A DNA stretch of 64,000 nucleotides from Orbicella franksi (taxonomy: Eukaryota), in the NCBI GenBank assembly GCA_964199315.1, contig OZ116706.1:9362001-9426000 (forward strand), in the 5' to 3' direction. Shown in pieces: positions 12,727-25,289 of this stretch (position 1 is its first letter; each line of letters starts with the position of its first letter). The translations under genes were made by a program, and so were the position numbers. The notes under the pieces are model-generated. The model was not told where the DNA came from, did no database searches, and saw only the letters and a list, made by a program, of their open reading frames with translations.

Positions 12727-13184
12727 CCCCCCCCCCCCGGGGGGGTACTCCCTTATATGGGCTATATAGGTATGTGCGGCCCCAAAGGGTATGGTTTTTC
12801 AGCCGTTTTGGTCATAAATAGGGTATCGATTTTAGCTGATCTGGGTCATTTTGGTCATAAATAGGGTATGGTTTTTGCACTCTAGCCTTGATATGAGTTT
12901 TTTTTTTTAGAAGAAGCCACTTTTTCATCATTATCGAAAAGAAAATCAACAAAAGCCCTTCACAAATTATGTTTACGGTAATTTAACATTGGTCTGAACT
13001 GGGGAACTAATAATAACGCAAGTCTGAAACAGGGTTTTGATTTTAGGGTCAGGACATAAATAGGGTTTCGAATTTTTGGTAGGGAATATCACAGATTTTG
13101 GTCATAAATAGGGTAAGGGTTTTGGGAAGCGGGCCGCACACCCCAACCCAATTTTTCTGGGAGTATCCCCCGCCCCCACCGGGG
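12727..13184 (+). mobile_element. CC..GG-ended MITE with 7-8 bp TSD
   Basis: ccccgggggggtactcccttatatggg...gggagtatcccccgcccccaccggg; GTAACGC is directly repeated on both flanks; internal ggtcataaatagggt repeats. Confidence 0.82.
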
Positions 13185-15909
13185 TAACGCTTTTCAAACA
13201 CCATGTCGGTTCTTAGAGTTGCACGTGGCTATGCTGCCCAGTCGTTACACTTTCAGTTCCCATTGCAGAGCTAATCCAACGAATAATGTGGTCTGCGTCG
13301 AAGGATTAACGCTGGTGCATGGTGCATAGAATTTGTGGATGAATGTAATCAACGTAAAACTGTTTGGTTCGCGTATTCCTCCAAATACATAAGAGTTCAA
13401 TGGAACCGTACCTATTGATAACTGCCCCATATATATTTTCAGATAAAAAGAAAGTCCGTATCCGGCGGATGACGCAGTCAGAAAACGCTCAGTGGATTTT
13501 CACACCGTCTCCTTGGGGTAGCAGAAAATGAGATTATCGCAATCCTTTAAATATCTTAAGGCGATAATGAACACTTTAGGGTGTTACCTTGAACCTTTGA
13601 GCGGCTTTGACAGTTTCTTTCATACGAGTATTACAGTATCACAATAAATGTGAAGAATTTGAGCGTTCGCTGTAAACTTCAAATGTAGGATGATGAATAA
13701 ATGTAGTGATAACATATCTGTAACTTATCAAGCGGGTATTTACAAAGTAAGACTTTGCTGTACATGAAGCTACCTGGGCATGGTCATGTTGAACACACAG
13801 TTGACCCACAGTTAGTTAGTTACATCTTACGTTACAGTACATTAACAAGCTGTTTCCTTTATGAAGCGGCAAGCATTTTTTTTTTCTTTTTTGACAGAAA
13901 GCAAAACTGGGCCGTCACACCAGGCCCACGTTAACAAATAGCACGTTCTGTCGAAGTAAACCTATTAACATGTACTTAGAAATTGGACTAAAATATGACC
14001 AAAGAACAAAAACTCATCTGACCTGCTGGACTTATTGTAAAGACGTACAAAATGAACCGTTTATGCAATAATGACCTCGCCTTCTCGTTTTGTGCATTTT
14101 GTGTACACTACCGTATTACAATTATTATAATTGCTTTCAACGCAGGAGGTCTCTGACAAAAGGTGAGAAAACGTGACGGGATGTTTTCCTTTTTCCCTAT
14201 GGCTCTTTTAAGAGCGACCCAGGCGAAGTACAAAGAATTGAAATGCTACAGAACTTCACAGTGTCATGCCTAAATCCAGACACACTCTTACTTTGCGAGC
14301 ATTGAACGGGAAATTGTTGCCGCTTTGATTTCCATGCCCATTACAAGGGATTAGGACATAAGCTAAATGTTTTGAATGGCGAGTTATGGTTTCCAATAAG
14401 GTTTTTTTTTTCTATTCTACTTCAATTATGTACATCTGTGGGGGATCCAATTCGAGGGCTTTTCATTAAGAAACAAAAAGAACAGCATGTAAAAGAATAG
14501 CCCGTTCGACGAAAAGGGAGAGAAATAGAGTTGTTTTCAAATGCTGTTCAATGCCACTTGAATAATGTCTGATATTTATGTCCTTCAGAACACTTCAATT
14601 TCTCAAATAACATCATTTTAAGGCCAAAAGTCAAGAGGGATTAAGTATCGTAGATTTATGGATGAAAAATGATGCAAAATAGCTCTGAAAACCGGTTGAT
14701 AATTCATCCATACAAGAGTGTGATTTGCGGATCAGCAATAGTTCTCGTACAAAAAGATCGCGCTAATTGGTTACTGCGACAATAACTACCTTTAGGTGGG
14801 GTACAGTTCGTTCTAATTAAATTACCATCAATCACGGCGACAGCTCGGCACTTTTACTCAAACAAATACCGGTCAGCTACGGAGGGGAGATTTGGATCAC
14901 CAATCAATGACTTGGTCGAGATGAACCAGCCGCACACAAGTTGTTCTGCCACTGTAGTGCAAGTAATTTTCGTCACCACGAACGGACGACAGACAAATTC
15001 ACTCGAGACACTCGCCAAGGTCAGGCCTATTTGAATGCTTCTTTTCTTGTTAATTGGCGGCGGTGGAATTTGGTAATCAATTTTCGCGGCTTTGTGATGT
15101 GTTGCTCTCCTGCGTACAAGATACAGCTTCCTATTTCCTGATTTCTGTTGTCGTTAAAATTGCCGTACGCTTTTGACACTTAAGCTGAAGAAGAACTCAT
15201 ATATTTTAGCTTGTGCAAAGTTATTTCAGGTTATATATTCCTGATCTAACTTAAAAACCACTGAATTGCCTTCAAAGGTAGCGAGAGTGTATTAAGCCTA
15301 CATAGTCTGCCCATGCTGATAGAAGCCAACATCGTACAACTTGAAGGCTAATATCTTGTTTATGTAAACCTATGACATGAAACAATATAATAATTCGTGA
15401 ATCGTGAATGGCTAGGCTGAGGAAATACTACAATGTGGAACACTTAGTGAATGGTATACAAAATAATCGCATTAAAATACCGTTTAAGAACCGTTTTAGA
15501 CAATTTAGCTGCTTTTTTCATTTGTATGTAAGGTAAGTGCACCAACTGCTATTTCCATTAGTTTTAAAATTTTTGTGTGAAACAAAACGTCACTCGCTTG
15601 TTCATGATTAAAATATTCTGCAATCATCTGTTCAAACATAGAACAAATTAAATAGGAAATTTCGTATTTTTCACAAAAGAGCGAGTAGAAATTATCACAG
15701 CAGGTAAAACACCTACATTACTACATGACAGTTGCCAGACTATTTGGCAGAAGTAAGTAAAAACCGCGCCGACATCACCCAAAATTACAAAGCCATGTGA
15801 TGATCCTGTGATAGCAGCGAGTCAGCTTCTCTCTCTTGCTTTCTTGTTCTACAGCGCTGCAGCTTCGGTATTGCCAACAGACAGGCCGCTCATTATCATT
15901 ATCTACGCG

Positions 15910-18900
15910 ATGGATTTCGCATCATCATTTTCAATCGACAGTATATTAAGAAATAATCCATCTTCAAGAAATAACAGCCAGATGTTTGACGAGCCGAATG
16001 CACCTCACGCTCTCACATTAGCGGAGCGCTTGGCAGGTATGTAATATTTCCAGTTTCCACATTTATTGTACGAGGAGCTTATTGCATGGCCGCAGGCTTT
16101 ATTAATATTGCTACGATGAAGAGACAGGAGGGGGAAAAAAACGTTTCCTGAAAGCGCCATGACAGCTCAGCTAGAATAACATTAGAACTACTAGCTACTG
16201 AATGAATCGGAACGTGTTGCTTTCATCTCAGCAGAGTGAAACAGAATTTTTAAAGTTTAAACTGGTCGTCTGAGCTACGTTTGGCCATAATCGTACCAAA
16301 TTAATGCTTCTGAGAGGAGAACAATGCATGCATTCCCAGATGTCAACCCAGAGGACTGTGACACTGCTTGATAAACGCAGTGTTCTTTTACGTATACACA
16401 TTATTCGTCTTCTCCTGTCTATGTTCTGAACACGGGTAGTGAATTAAGCTCTATACACTGTAGTAAGTACAAACCATGTCAAGTTTTACATACCACTCGA
16501 TACCAGGGCCACCCTCTGCGCCTTGTTGTTTTTTGACAGATCATTTTGCAAAGTTCAATCTAGAATTTGTTTTTGAAAGTCCTACCTCGGTTGCTGCCTG
16601 TTGCTGCAATGAAAATTTCTAGCTTTTACATAGTACTCTAGAGGCAAGTCTGCAAAAGAATAGTGAGCCCAGCAGTGTTTGTAGCCTCGGCCAATACAGT
16701 ATTTACAATACAAAGCAAATTTATTAAACTTGTAAGCTTTAATCATGTTCCTTCAACACGTTATCAATATAAATGCTACGAACTTAGCAATAAGTCTTTG
16801 CTAATTAATGAACATAATTTTTCGAGTTTCGCGCCCTCTTCATGTTCCCTCATATCCGCTTGTCTGACAAACGGAATTCAAATTAGTAAAATCACAGGTA
16901 GCATCATGTAAATTTCACGATGCTCGCATGAAATCTCAGTTGCGCTTCATAATACAAGTTGTGAGCATTTTGAGCATACTTTATCTAATGAATCCACCAG
17001 GAGTTTCAAATTAAGTCTTAGGACTAAAGTAAGACTACACTACACAGTCTTTTCCAAACAAATAGGGAATAAACCGGCCAGGAAATGTGTTTATATTTAG
17101 TATTGGTCGTTTGTAGCAATTCACCAAATTCAATTTTATCCACACACTGTATGACAGACATCGAAAGCACAAATTTGTATGCATCGGGAGTGTTCGGTAA
17201 ACAGTGTGAGTAGCAAATATCTTAACAAATATCTTTACACACCCTTCGAGTCGTTTCACCCTTCTAGCAATAAGAAAGTCTTCATCAAAGGGGAACTTAT
17301 GAGGTATGCTAGGAACAGTTCTTCATTTAATTTATTTTATGAAACTAGGGAAAAGTTCTGGAAGCTTTCTGCTTCCATTGTTTCGTGAAATGACAGAAAT
17401 GGCTTTACAAGAAACCTAAGAATAAGTCTAGCCTGGGTAGGACTGTTGTCTTCAAGACTACCTTCAACTGTAGTCACGCACGCAAAATTATATCACGCAT
17501 AAAATATGTCACACCTTGCCGAAATTTACCGCCTGTTTGCATTGCCTGCCATATTGGATATTGATATTATGGCCCGTGCCATTAATATATTTGGCAATGT
17601 GCTCGAGGGACAGTAGTAAATCGTTATCGGCTACACATGACATGCTGTTTATTGGTGCCGGCTTAGGTTCCAAAGGTCTACACTAAATTTAAAGGTGGCG
17701 AACCATATATTTTCTACCATATCAGGTGATATTCGATTCCGGTTAGTAGGTCTCTTGTACGACTTCTTGGGAGTGATCAGTTGGATCAGACGATGGCAGT
17801 CGCCCATCTTTTCCAACCCATTTCAGCAAGAAAATTCCAAGGTCTTTCGCTGTAACTAGCGTCCTTTGAGTAATTTCAACCTCTAAACTTGTTCGTCTAT
17901 TAAAATGAATTCGAGAAACAAAAATCGTTGCGTAGCCCACCACCGAATTCACAGTCAGTACTTACTCCGAGTTTTGCGACGTCCGCCATTTTGAATTTTG
18001 AAAACCGCTGACTTGACTCATAACTTGACTCGTGGCTCATTGACTCATGACTCATTTGACTCATAAAACAGGAACCCTCATGCATCGGTACACCGATTTC
18101 GAATAGAATTTTCTAGCTGCTTAGCAAGCGTTCCCCGTATGAGCGAAGAGCAAAATCTCGACGGAGAGAGAGAGAGAGTGGGGGCGGGGGGGGGGGGGGG
18201 GGGGCGAGCGAGGGAATGCGGTGCTATTTACGCGCGACAGTGGCTACAGGAACTAAACAAATGGCACACAAATGCATAACATTCTTTCTAGATACAAAAT
18301 GTTCACGTGGCTATCAACTAACATTCAGCTCAGCAAAGAAACAGAAGCGATGAAATTGTAAACAAGAAAGTGCTAGGAAAAAAATAATGAGTTTAAAAAG
18401 GCGGTAGCCTTACCTTTTGGAAAAGGAAAGTGATTAAAAGATAGGAGGGTGCACCAACTATTATGCCAGCCAAAACTCGAGATAAAAATATGGAGAAATG
18501 AGTAACATTTGAAGCACTACTTATAGTAAACAGAAAGCTTGAATCGACAGTAAAATGGCACCGGGACTTTTATCATTGATTAAGATGGCTTATGGTCACG
18601 AAAATGATAACGTGTTCACCAACCATTGGGTAGTTTTTTAAGACCACGATTGTGAGATCAACTGATAAGATGGCCATAATGACCCGTAAAAATCTAAATG
18701 TTGCAAGGTGCTGGAAACTGGTGCCGACCACCTTAAGGCTCGCCAAAGGGAAAGAAAGAGTGGAGTTGAGGGTAGGTCCTACTCGAGCAGACTTTAAGTG
18801 ATAAGTTCCAACTAACAGCTATGGTGTGTTCCTGTCGTAGATATAATCCTAGAGGTTCACTATGGCTCAACGAGAGGAAAACATCGTCGTTCTCGTACAG

Positions 18901-21488
18901 CTTTCACCTATCAACAACTTCAGCTGCTAGAGAACACATTTGCTAAAACACATTACCCCGATGTTGTGATGAGGGAGCAGCTCGCATCTTGGACAAACCT
19001 TCCAGAATCAAGAATTCAGGTAATTAATTAACAATTGACGTCAGTTTTTCATACGTTTGTCCTGTTATTGATCAGGAATTTCGTCATAACATTGTCAAAT
19101 TCATGTGTCTGTCCGCTTATTGACAACAAAAATAGTCAAGAGCGCCCAAGAATTTCAGCAGTTATTGTAGAAATGATATTCGGTTGAGCAAAGTGTGGCG
19201 AGATACGGCTCACATCTCCTTTAAGCAGATACAGACCAGGGAACCTACCTCAGGTGCAAGTGGTCTATATGTAGTGTAGCTTTCAAAATGAGACGAGGCG
19301 CTTTGTATATGGGATAGTTATAGAAAGATTAATGAGGTATTTGCATTCATTTAAGCAAGGGAAGATGTGTTGATGTCACACCGAATTCTCAGAACTAGGA
19401 TAAAGAAGCAAATCAGCAGAACGAACTTATCTTTCAAGCGCGCAACTAAGGATTTAACCTAGTAGTAATAGGCCGGGAAAGATTTTGCCCATTAATCCAG
19501 GAATAAAAGTTGCTCAAGGTTTAATTTCCTCTTGGATTAACTAAGTGGTGTTCTCTGTTGATGTTTTGTGGAATTTGAGATCAGCTGACGTTAAAACTGG
19601 AGGACAGAAAACACAATCAAAAAACATCATATAGATATTCACGCTAATGCGGGAAAAATTAACGCCCGGGCGGAGTGTGGGGGTATTCAGCGGACACACT
19701 TTTATATAAAAATACGTTGTGTAAGTGATCCCGTAAAATTAAAGGTCATTTCACATGCACATACGTAGTAAGACATACATGTACTTTTCCCGCGTAAAAT
19801 GTAAATATGGCGGACAAAGTGGATGAGGAATATCTCCGTCTGCATTTGCATGATTATAGAAAGGAAAATGGCTATGTCTTTGGTTTATTCGAGGGTGATC
19901 TTAAAGAATTTCTCGAAGAATATATGTCATCGAATTCAAGCTGCTTTGTTCTGTCAGATCGCCATAGTAAGGAATCTTACTTGCAGGAGGAACGCGGATT
20001 TATGCAAGATTTGCCAAGATGATGACGGAGAAGACTGGGTGGGCTGCGACGGGTGCGTCTAATATTTCCATGCGAACTGCCTCGGTGTCAGTTATTCCAA
20101 AGTCCTCTCACACCCATTCTTCTTGTGCCCTCATTGACAACCATTTTATAGTTGATTGCATTATAAACTAGCCCCAGATTATTTGTCTTAAACAAGATTT
20201 TTGTTTTGAAACGAGTCTTAATTTCATTTGTAAATTCTTGAGCCTCTTACCAGTTGTTTTGAACACGGCATAACATTATATCGATTCCATGCCAGTAAAC
20301 CTAAGAGTGAAACTAAGAAAATACTCTTCTTTTTTTCTTTGCCGTTAAATTAATTAAACCTTAGTCAGCTGCCACTGTGATGGAACAACGTACCCCATTA
20401 TGCCTCGGAAAAAGGCCACGTTTGTCCGCTTTATATCAATGCAGAACTCGGAATGCTCCCATGCGATTGTAATGAATTTTTGCCAGACGATCTACGCGCA
20501 ATGGCGTAATTGTAACTAATGTACAGAAGAGGGGAAAAAGAATTGAGTATTATAAATTCGCAAACACAGATAAAAATGATACCAGGTGTGCAACATTGAG
20601 CGAATGCACACTTTAAGCGATATTTGATGACAATTGATGACACCTAAATAAACTAATTATCTGTGTGAACGGTACTTAAATATTCCGTGACGCTTACACA
20701 ACATATTTTTTATTCAAAAGCATGCCCGCTGAATACCCCCACACTCCGCCCGGGCGTTAATTTTCCCCGCTAATGCTGGACTGACGTAATCGTGCTTTAA
20801 ACAACCACCCACTACTCGTTTCAAACCCCCTCTTGAATGTAGACTTCCTCGTTTGTTACAGTGCGCATCTTGTCAAACCACTAGGAATACCGTCTTTATA
20901 AATGCTCCTACTCTTTTCATTTAACCCAAGGTTTGGTTTAAAAACAGAAGGGCAAAGTACAGAAAGCAAGAAAAAGTAACGAAATTTACAAAGCCAAGCA
21001 ATCCAGGCAGCTCTTCGTATAAATCGGAAACCAGTGTCGAAAACCACATTCATCAGACAACCAACCAAACGCCACTACCTGTTCCACCAAGTATTACTAT
21101 TCCGGAAGAAAAATTGACAGCAGAAACTAAAGTAGTAACGACTGAGCATGGATCAAGACCGAGTACTGGAAGGACTTCCAACAACACCAGTCAGATATTT
21201 TTCCATCAAGGACAACCGTACACTTCTAACAAATACCCGGACAGCCAGTACGATACTTCATGGCAATGCACCAATCCACGCACCCACAATTTGGTTGTTT
21301 CAACACGTGACAGCTCGACCCTCGGTTGCCCAGTTGGCGACTTCGAAGCCTGTCGTGGTCGAAACTTATCAAATTTATTCTGTATACGCAAACCAACCTC
21401 GTCCAGTGTTGATTTGTGGCGTTTTCAAGCAGGGTTGCAAAACGGCAACAATCAATGGACAGCTCCTGTTGGATCCACACTGTACTGA
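15910..21488 (+). CDS. Dmbx: Dmbx-like K50 homeobox gene, copy 3, the most canonical copy. Exons 15910-16036, 18841-19019, 20931-21488 (287 aa)
   Basis: [15 protein letters not shown] (eh1)...[12 protein letters not shown]|gtatgt; ag|AT gives [60 protein letters not shown]|gtaatt; ag|[15 protein letters not shown]...STLY*. Closely follows the vertebrate DMBX1 pattern [10 protein letters not shown]...DIILEARYG...RRSRTAFT...[11 protein letters not shown] (recalled sequence). Confidence 0.92.
17221..17367 (+). pseudogene. Penelope-like retroelement reverse-transcriptase C-terminal (thumb) fragment
   Basis: [49 protein letters not shown] matches the Y-x-P-x-x-S-x-H-P...IKGEL-x-R-Y-x-R-x-S-S pattern of PLE RT thumb regions. 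Isolated fragment in intron 1 of Dmbx copy 3. Confidence 0.72.
17740..18080 (-). mobile_element. Truncated 5' end of an unclassified transposon with subterminal TGACTCA repeats and a frameshifted N-terminal ORF
   Basis: The minus strand begins gagggttcctgttttatgagtca, followed by tandem (a/t)tgagtca units, then aaaATGGCGGAC ([20 protein letters not shown]...) continuing by frameshift into ORF 17743-17952. Confidence 0.5.
19024..19170 (-). repeat. Internally deleted copy of the same interspersed repeat as 33937-34159
   Basis: ttaattaacaattgacgtcagtttttcat...cataacattgtcaa and attcatgtgtctgtccgcttattgacaa are reverse complements of blocks at 33950-34159. Confidence 0.8.
19651..20767 (+). mobile_element. 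Internally deleted Mutator-like (MULE) element, ~43-bp TIRs, 9-bp TSD, carrying a PHD-finger pseudo-ORF
   Basis: TIR gggaaaaattaacgcccgggcggagtgtgggggtattcagcgg versus ccgctgaatacccccacactccgcccgggcgttaattttccc; TSD CGCTAATGC at 19642-19650 and 20768-20776. Internal [27 protein letters not shown]...FLCPH* at 20003-20137. Confidence 0.82.
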
Positions 21489-24400
21489 ACTCTTCTCATA
21501 TACCAAAAAGGAAGCTGTCTTCTATTTGCACGCTTCGTTAAGTCTGTTGTGTTCTTTTGTATATTTATTTTTTTAAGAATATCGCTTTTTGAAATTTTAT
21601 TAGCTCAACTTAAGAAGAGGAGACGACAAAACTAAGATTAGAATCAGAAATATAAACCTCAAAAATAAGAGTTAAGTCCATTTATGAAAGTTCACTGCTT
21701 AACTGAATAAGAGTTATAGAAACAATGCTTACATCTTTAGTGAGTTGATTAGTTTTGTTTAGACTCACCAGTTACGTCAGTGTGACCATTGAACTGAAAC
21801 ATCGCTTTCCATTTGAACAGTGTATGATATTGATACAGAGTTACACGTTCGTTTAGTGTAACAGCTCTGTTTGGGACCCTGTTGAAAATTTAAGAATAAA
21901 GATACGGTAGAAATATTTGAAGTATAAATTGCAGCGTCATTAACTGAGTATATTAATTTCATAATTAATTTCATTAATTTCACTCATAACAATAATTTCA
22001 CCAATTTTTGTAAAACAATTTCGAGTTCTGTTCAACATTTAGTCCTACAGAAATACAACTTTCTTTAGACAGTAACTGTTGCACCTTTTTTTATGTATTA
22101 CCCCCATAGCAAGCATTAAGGATAAAAATAGAAAACTTTTTGTGTTTCTATCGAGTTATGGAAACGAGTAAAAGTTTGGGAGAAAGAAAAATACAACATA
22201 TGGGAACAACAGCCTCGAGCTAGTGTTTCCACATCTTTTTGGAAATATCCTAAACTTTCACAGGTGTCACTACACCTCGATAAAAACCCGGAGAAAATGT
22301 CTTTGAGAAAATGCTGAGAGAAAAATGAAATAAACTAAGTTTTACTAAGTTCAAGTTAGAAATTATCGGTCTTGAAAATTGCAGAATAAACAGAAAGGGA
22401 AACTTAGGAAGTCTGAGATGGAACTGAAAGTGTTAATTTATCACATTACGTACTTTCCTCGGCTGCAACACGAAATTCATAATTTCATTTAGCGTAAATG
22501 TTTAAAAAAGAAAAAATGGTGAAAGTGCTGCTCAAAAATATTTTTCTCTCGAATGATCATTGGCTTGTGTTCATCCACATATCTAAAAGCTACAAGCGCC
22601 ATTATTTGATACGAGCTAGACATTAGAAGCGAAAGGGTGAAACGCATACTGAATGTTGAAAGCTGAATTCTTAAACTGCCGCAAGATGGGAAAAGAGGCC
22701 GGTGAACACTCGGACTTCAAACAGAAAAAAGAAATATACACGGGGAATGGAGTTATTTTAATAGTTTTTGCGTCGCTAAGAGGAACACAAAATTAATGAA
22801 GAACAAATGTCTTCCCCAACCCATATGAATTTGATCAAGTCTTGAAATGTTAGAGAGAAGATCTTTATTCAAAAGTAGGGTCGTGTGTCTTCGAAGGTCA
22901 CATGCTGAGTTGTGGTTAAAATGTAATTTCTGAGGACATCTCTTTCGTGCCGAAGGCCTAAGCTCCCCGCTCTGCACATAACATAACATTTATGGGAAGG
23001 CTCTGCATCTGATTAGCTAAAATTAATGCCACGCATCTTCCTGGTACCCTGCTGTTGAGAAAACCACAACTAGACGAAACATATCCATGAACAGACAAAG
23101 CCCATCGATGAATCAACCCTGGCAAAGTGCTACATTCATTAATTATCGGACCTCGGTGATTTTCCCATTAGAAAGTTTGATCACAGGCGACGTTCACGAA
23201 ACTACAATCTCGTCAATAGTATTCATACGACCGCTTGCGGTTTATCGTCTCACGGCGGAAGACTTTAGACTTTAGAGCTCACTCGCGCGTTTTTTATGCC
23301 CCAGGACGGGATTGATTGCTTTTTCGAAAAAGTCAGAGCCAGGAAAAACAAACAAGTCACGTTTTTTCCAGTTAGGGACAGTGTTTTAAATAAGTTTTTA
23401 GCAAGCCAGACGCTGAACGAGAATCCCAGCCAGCAAATGATCTAATGCTAATATTTCCCAGCCAGTGTAATTGCAGCCTGTCGAGCGGGTTTTCTGTCGA
23501 GCGGCTCCGTCGGATACTCCTGAGTATTGCAGCTAGTCAACTGAACCCTCGAAATCACACGCAAGCTTCTCTGTAACGATGCCTCGGTACAATAAGGCAG
23601 AAGTAATTACTTCTAAAAGTTGTCAACAAAGATCTTTAACGTACGGAAAAGGACTAAATTCGTTTATCATCGGACATTGGTGCCTTTCCCATTAGCGAGC
23701 TTGATCTTCGGCTACGATCACGGACAACTGTCTGAACTGTCTTCGTGAAGGCCTCTCTGCAATGATAGCTAAGTACACTAACGCACAAGCGACTACCGCT
23801 AAAAATTCCAAGTTCTCAATAAAGATCATCTAATACACTCTTCTTCGTATGAAAATAGTTTTTTTTTTTCAGACCACACTGAATTTTCTTATTTTTCTAT
23901 TTTTCTTCTGATTTTAGGCTGAAAATATCCTTGTGAATTTTTATAAACCATAGCGTGACATTCAAGTTAATTTGGAGTCAGATTGCACGCAATAAAGCCT
24001 GAAATGGCACACAGAATGTTATTGTCATTCTGTTATTGGCATCGTACAGACCGCTCTAGAATCTTATAGGATGTATTCTTATAAAAATAAAAACAGAGTT
24101 TAAGTACAAAAGTATCATGACTATATTAATCAAAATAAGAGAGACTGCCTGATTAGCAGCTTAACTCCCTTGACGGTAAGAAACCGATACACTCCGTATG
24201 CGAGGAATACAGTGCCGGGGGCACATTTTAATCTCATGCAGGCCTTCGTTTGATCCGGGAAGTCTGCGTAGCAGGTTATAGTCAGATGTGGGAGAGTTCA
24301 TTACTGTGTAATTAACCAAAAAGGGCGGAGAATTGCACACTGCTCATTCATACTGTGTTAAATCAGGTGGATCACTGATCTTGCCATGAGAGCAGTAAAT

Positions 24401-25289
24401 AACAGGGCGGTGATCATGCACTTTGCTGTACTAGTAAATTAGTCAACGCATTTTCGATACAGCCTGCAAGTGCCCTATCAAGGCTACTTACCTTTCAGAT
24501 CTGTGCTTTTGGAGAAGAACTCGGCTCTCTTTACAATTAACAAAACTATATGCAGCTACCTCGCGTTTCACTAAAGTACTATTTTTTAAGGCCTACAAGA
24601 GTCACAAGGGTTTTATTTATTGATTTATTATAATGCCGAGGGCAGAAGAAGCCTGTTCTTTTCAGCGGGCACAAACTAAACAAATTAATAGCTATCGATG
24701 TTTAGCATCACCCAACTAGTGGACTAATGCAACTCCTACATTTTAATTGGCGCAATCGAGCGTGACGCTTTCTTTCGTTTTATTCACAAGTAAATATTTC
24801 TTCAACTTGCATTTGCTAACTTTATTATTGCCTTTTCTGTCCGACTAGTTGGATGACAATAAAACAATTAGACCCTTCGCCCTCAAGAGCCACGGGTCAA
24901 TAGCCCATTCGGCTTCGCCTCATGCAGGCTACGGGTCAATAGCCCATTACCTTATAAAATGTGCACTGCAGTGTGTGGTGTAAAGTCAGTAGAGTATCTT
25001 TTATATTAGCTTATGATGCTATATGAACAAGCTCAGGTTAAAGATGCATGCTGAGGTATAATCTGATCTAATGAGATCCCGATATATATCATCACGAGAC
25101 AGCCCGAAATTGTCGGATGGAATTCCACGTTCCTAAGATGCAAATGACAATGGCCTGAAGATATGATCACGTTGGATTAACGAGATCGTTTCATTTGAAA
25201 TTAACATGTGCAAAGCAAAAGTGTCACTGTGTGCGTCAAAGAACATACATACAATTATACTTAATACATCAAACACGAGAAACGTTTTT

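Noticed and set aside
15808-15909. Hydrophobic, signal-peptide-like extension in ORF 15808-16044
   Set aside because: It begins at GTG and lies upstream of the first ATG (15910). Read as 5' UTR; a homeodomain factor is not expected to be secreted.
18014-18063. Short direct repeats as a CRISPR-like array
   Set aside because: 7-bp units without unique spacers, in eukaryotic intronic DNA with no cas genes.
21148-21576. 142-aa overlapping ORF in Dmbx copy 3 exon 3 (possible frameshift)
   Set aside because: The frame continuous with the homeodomain is open to 21488 and contains an OAR-like motif, so no frameshift is needed.
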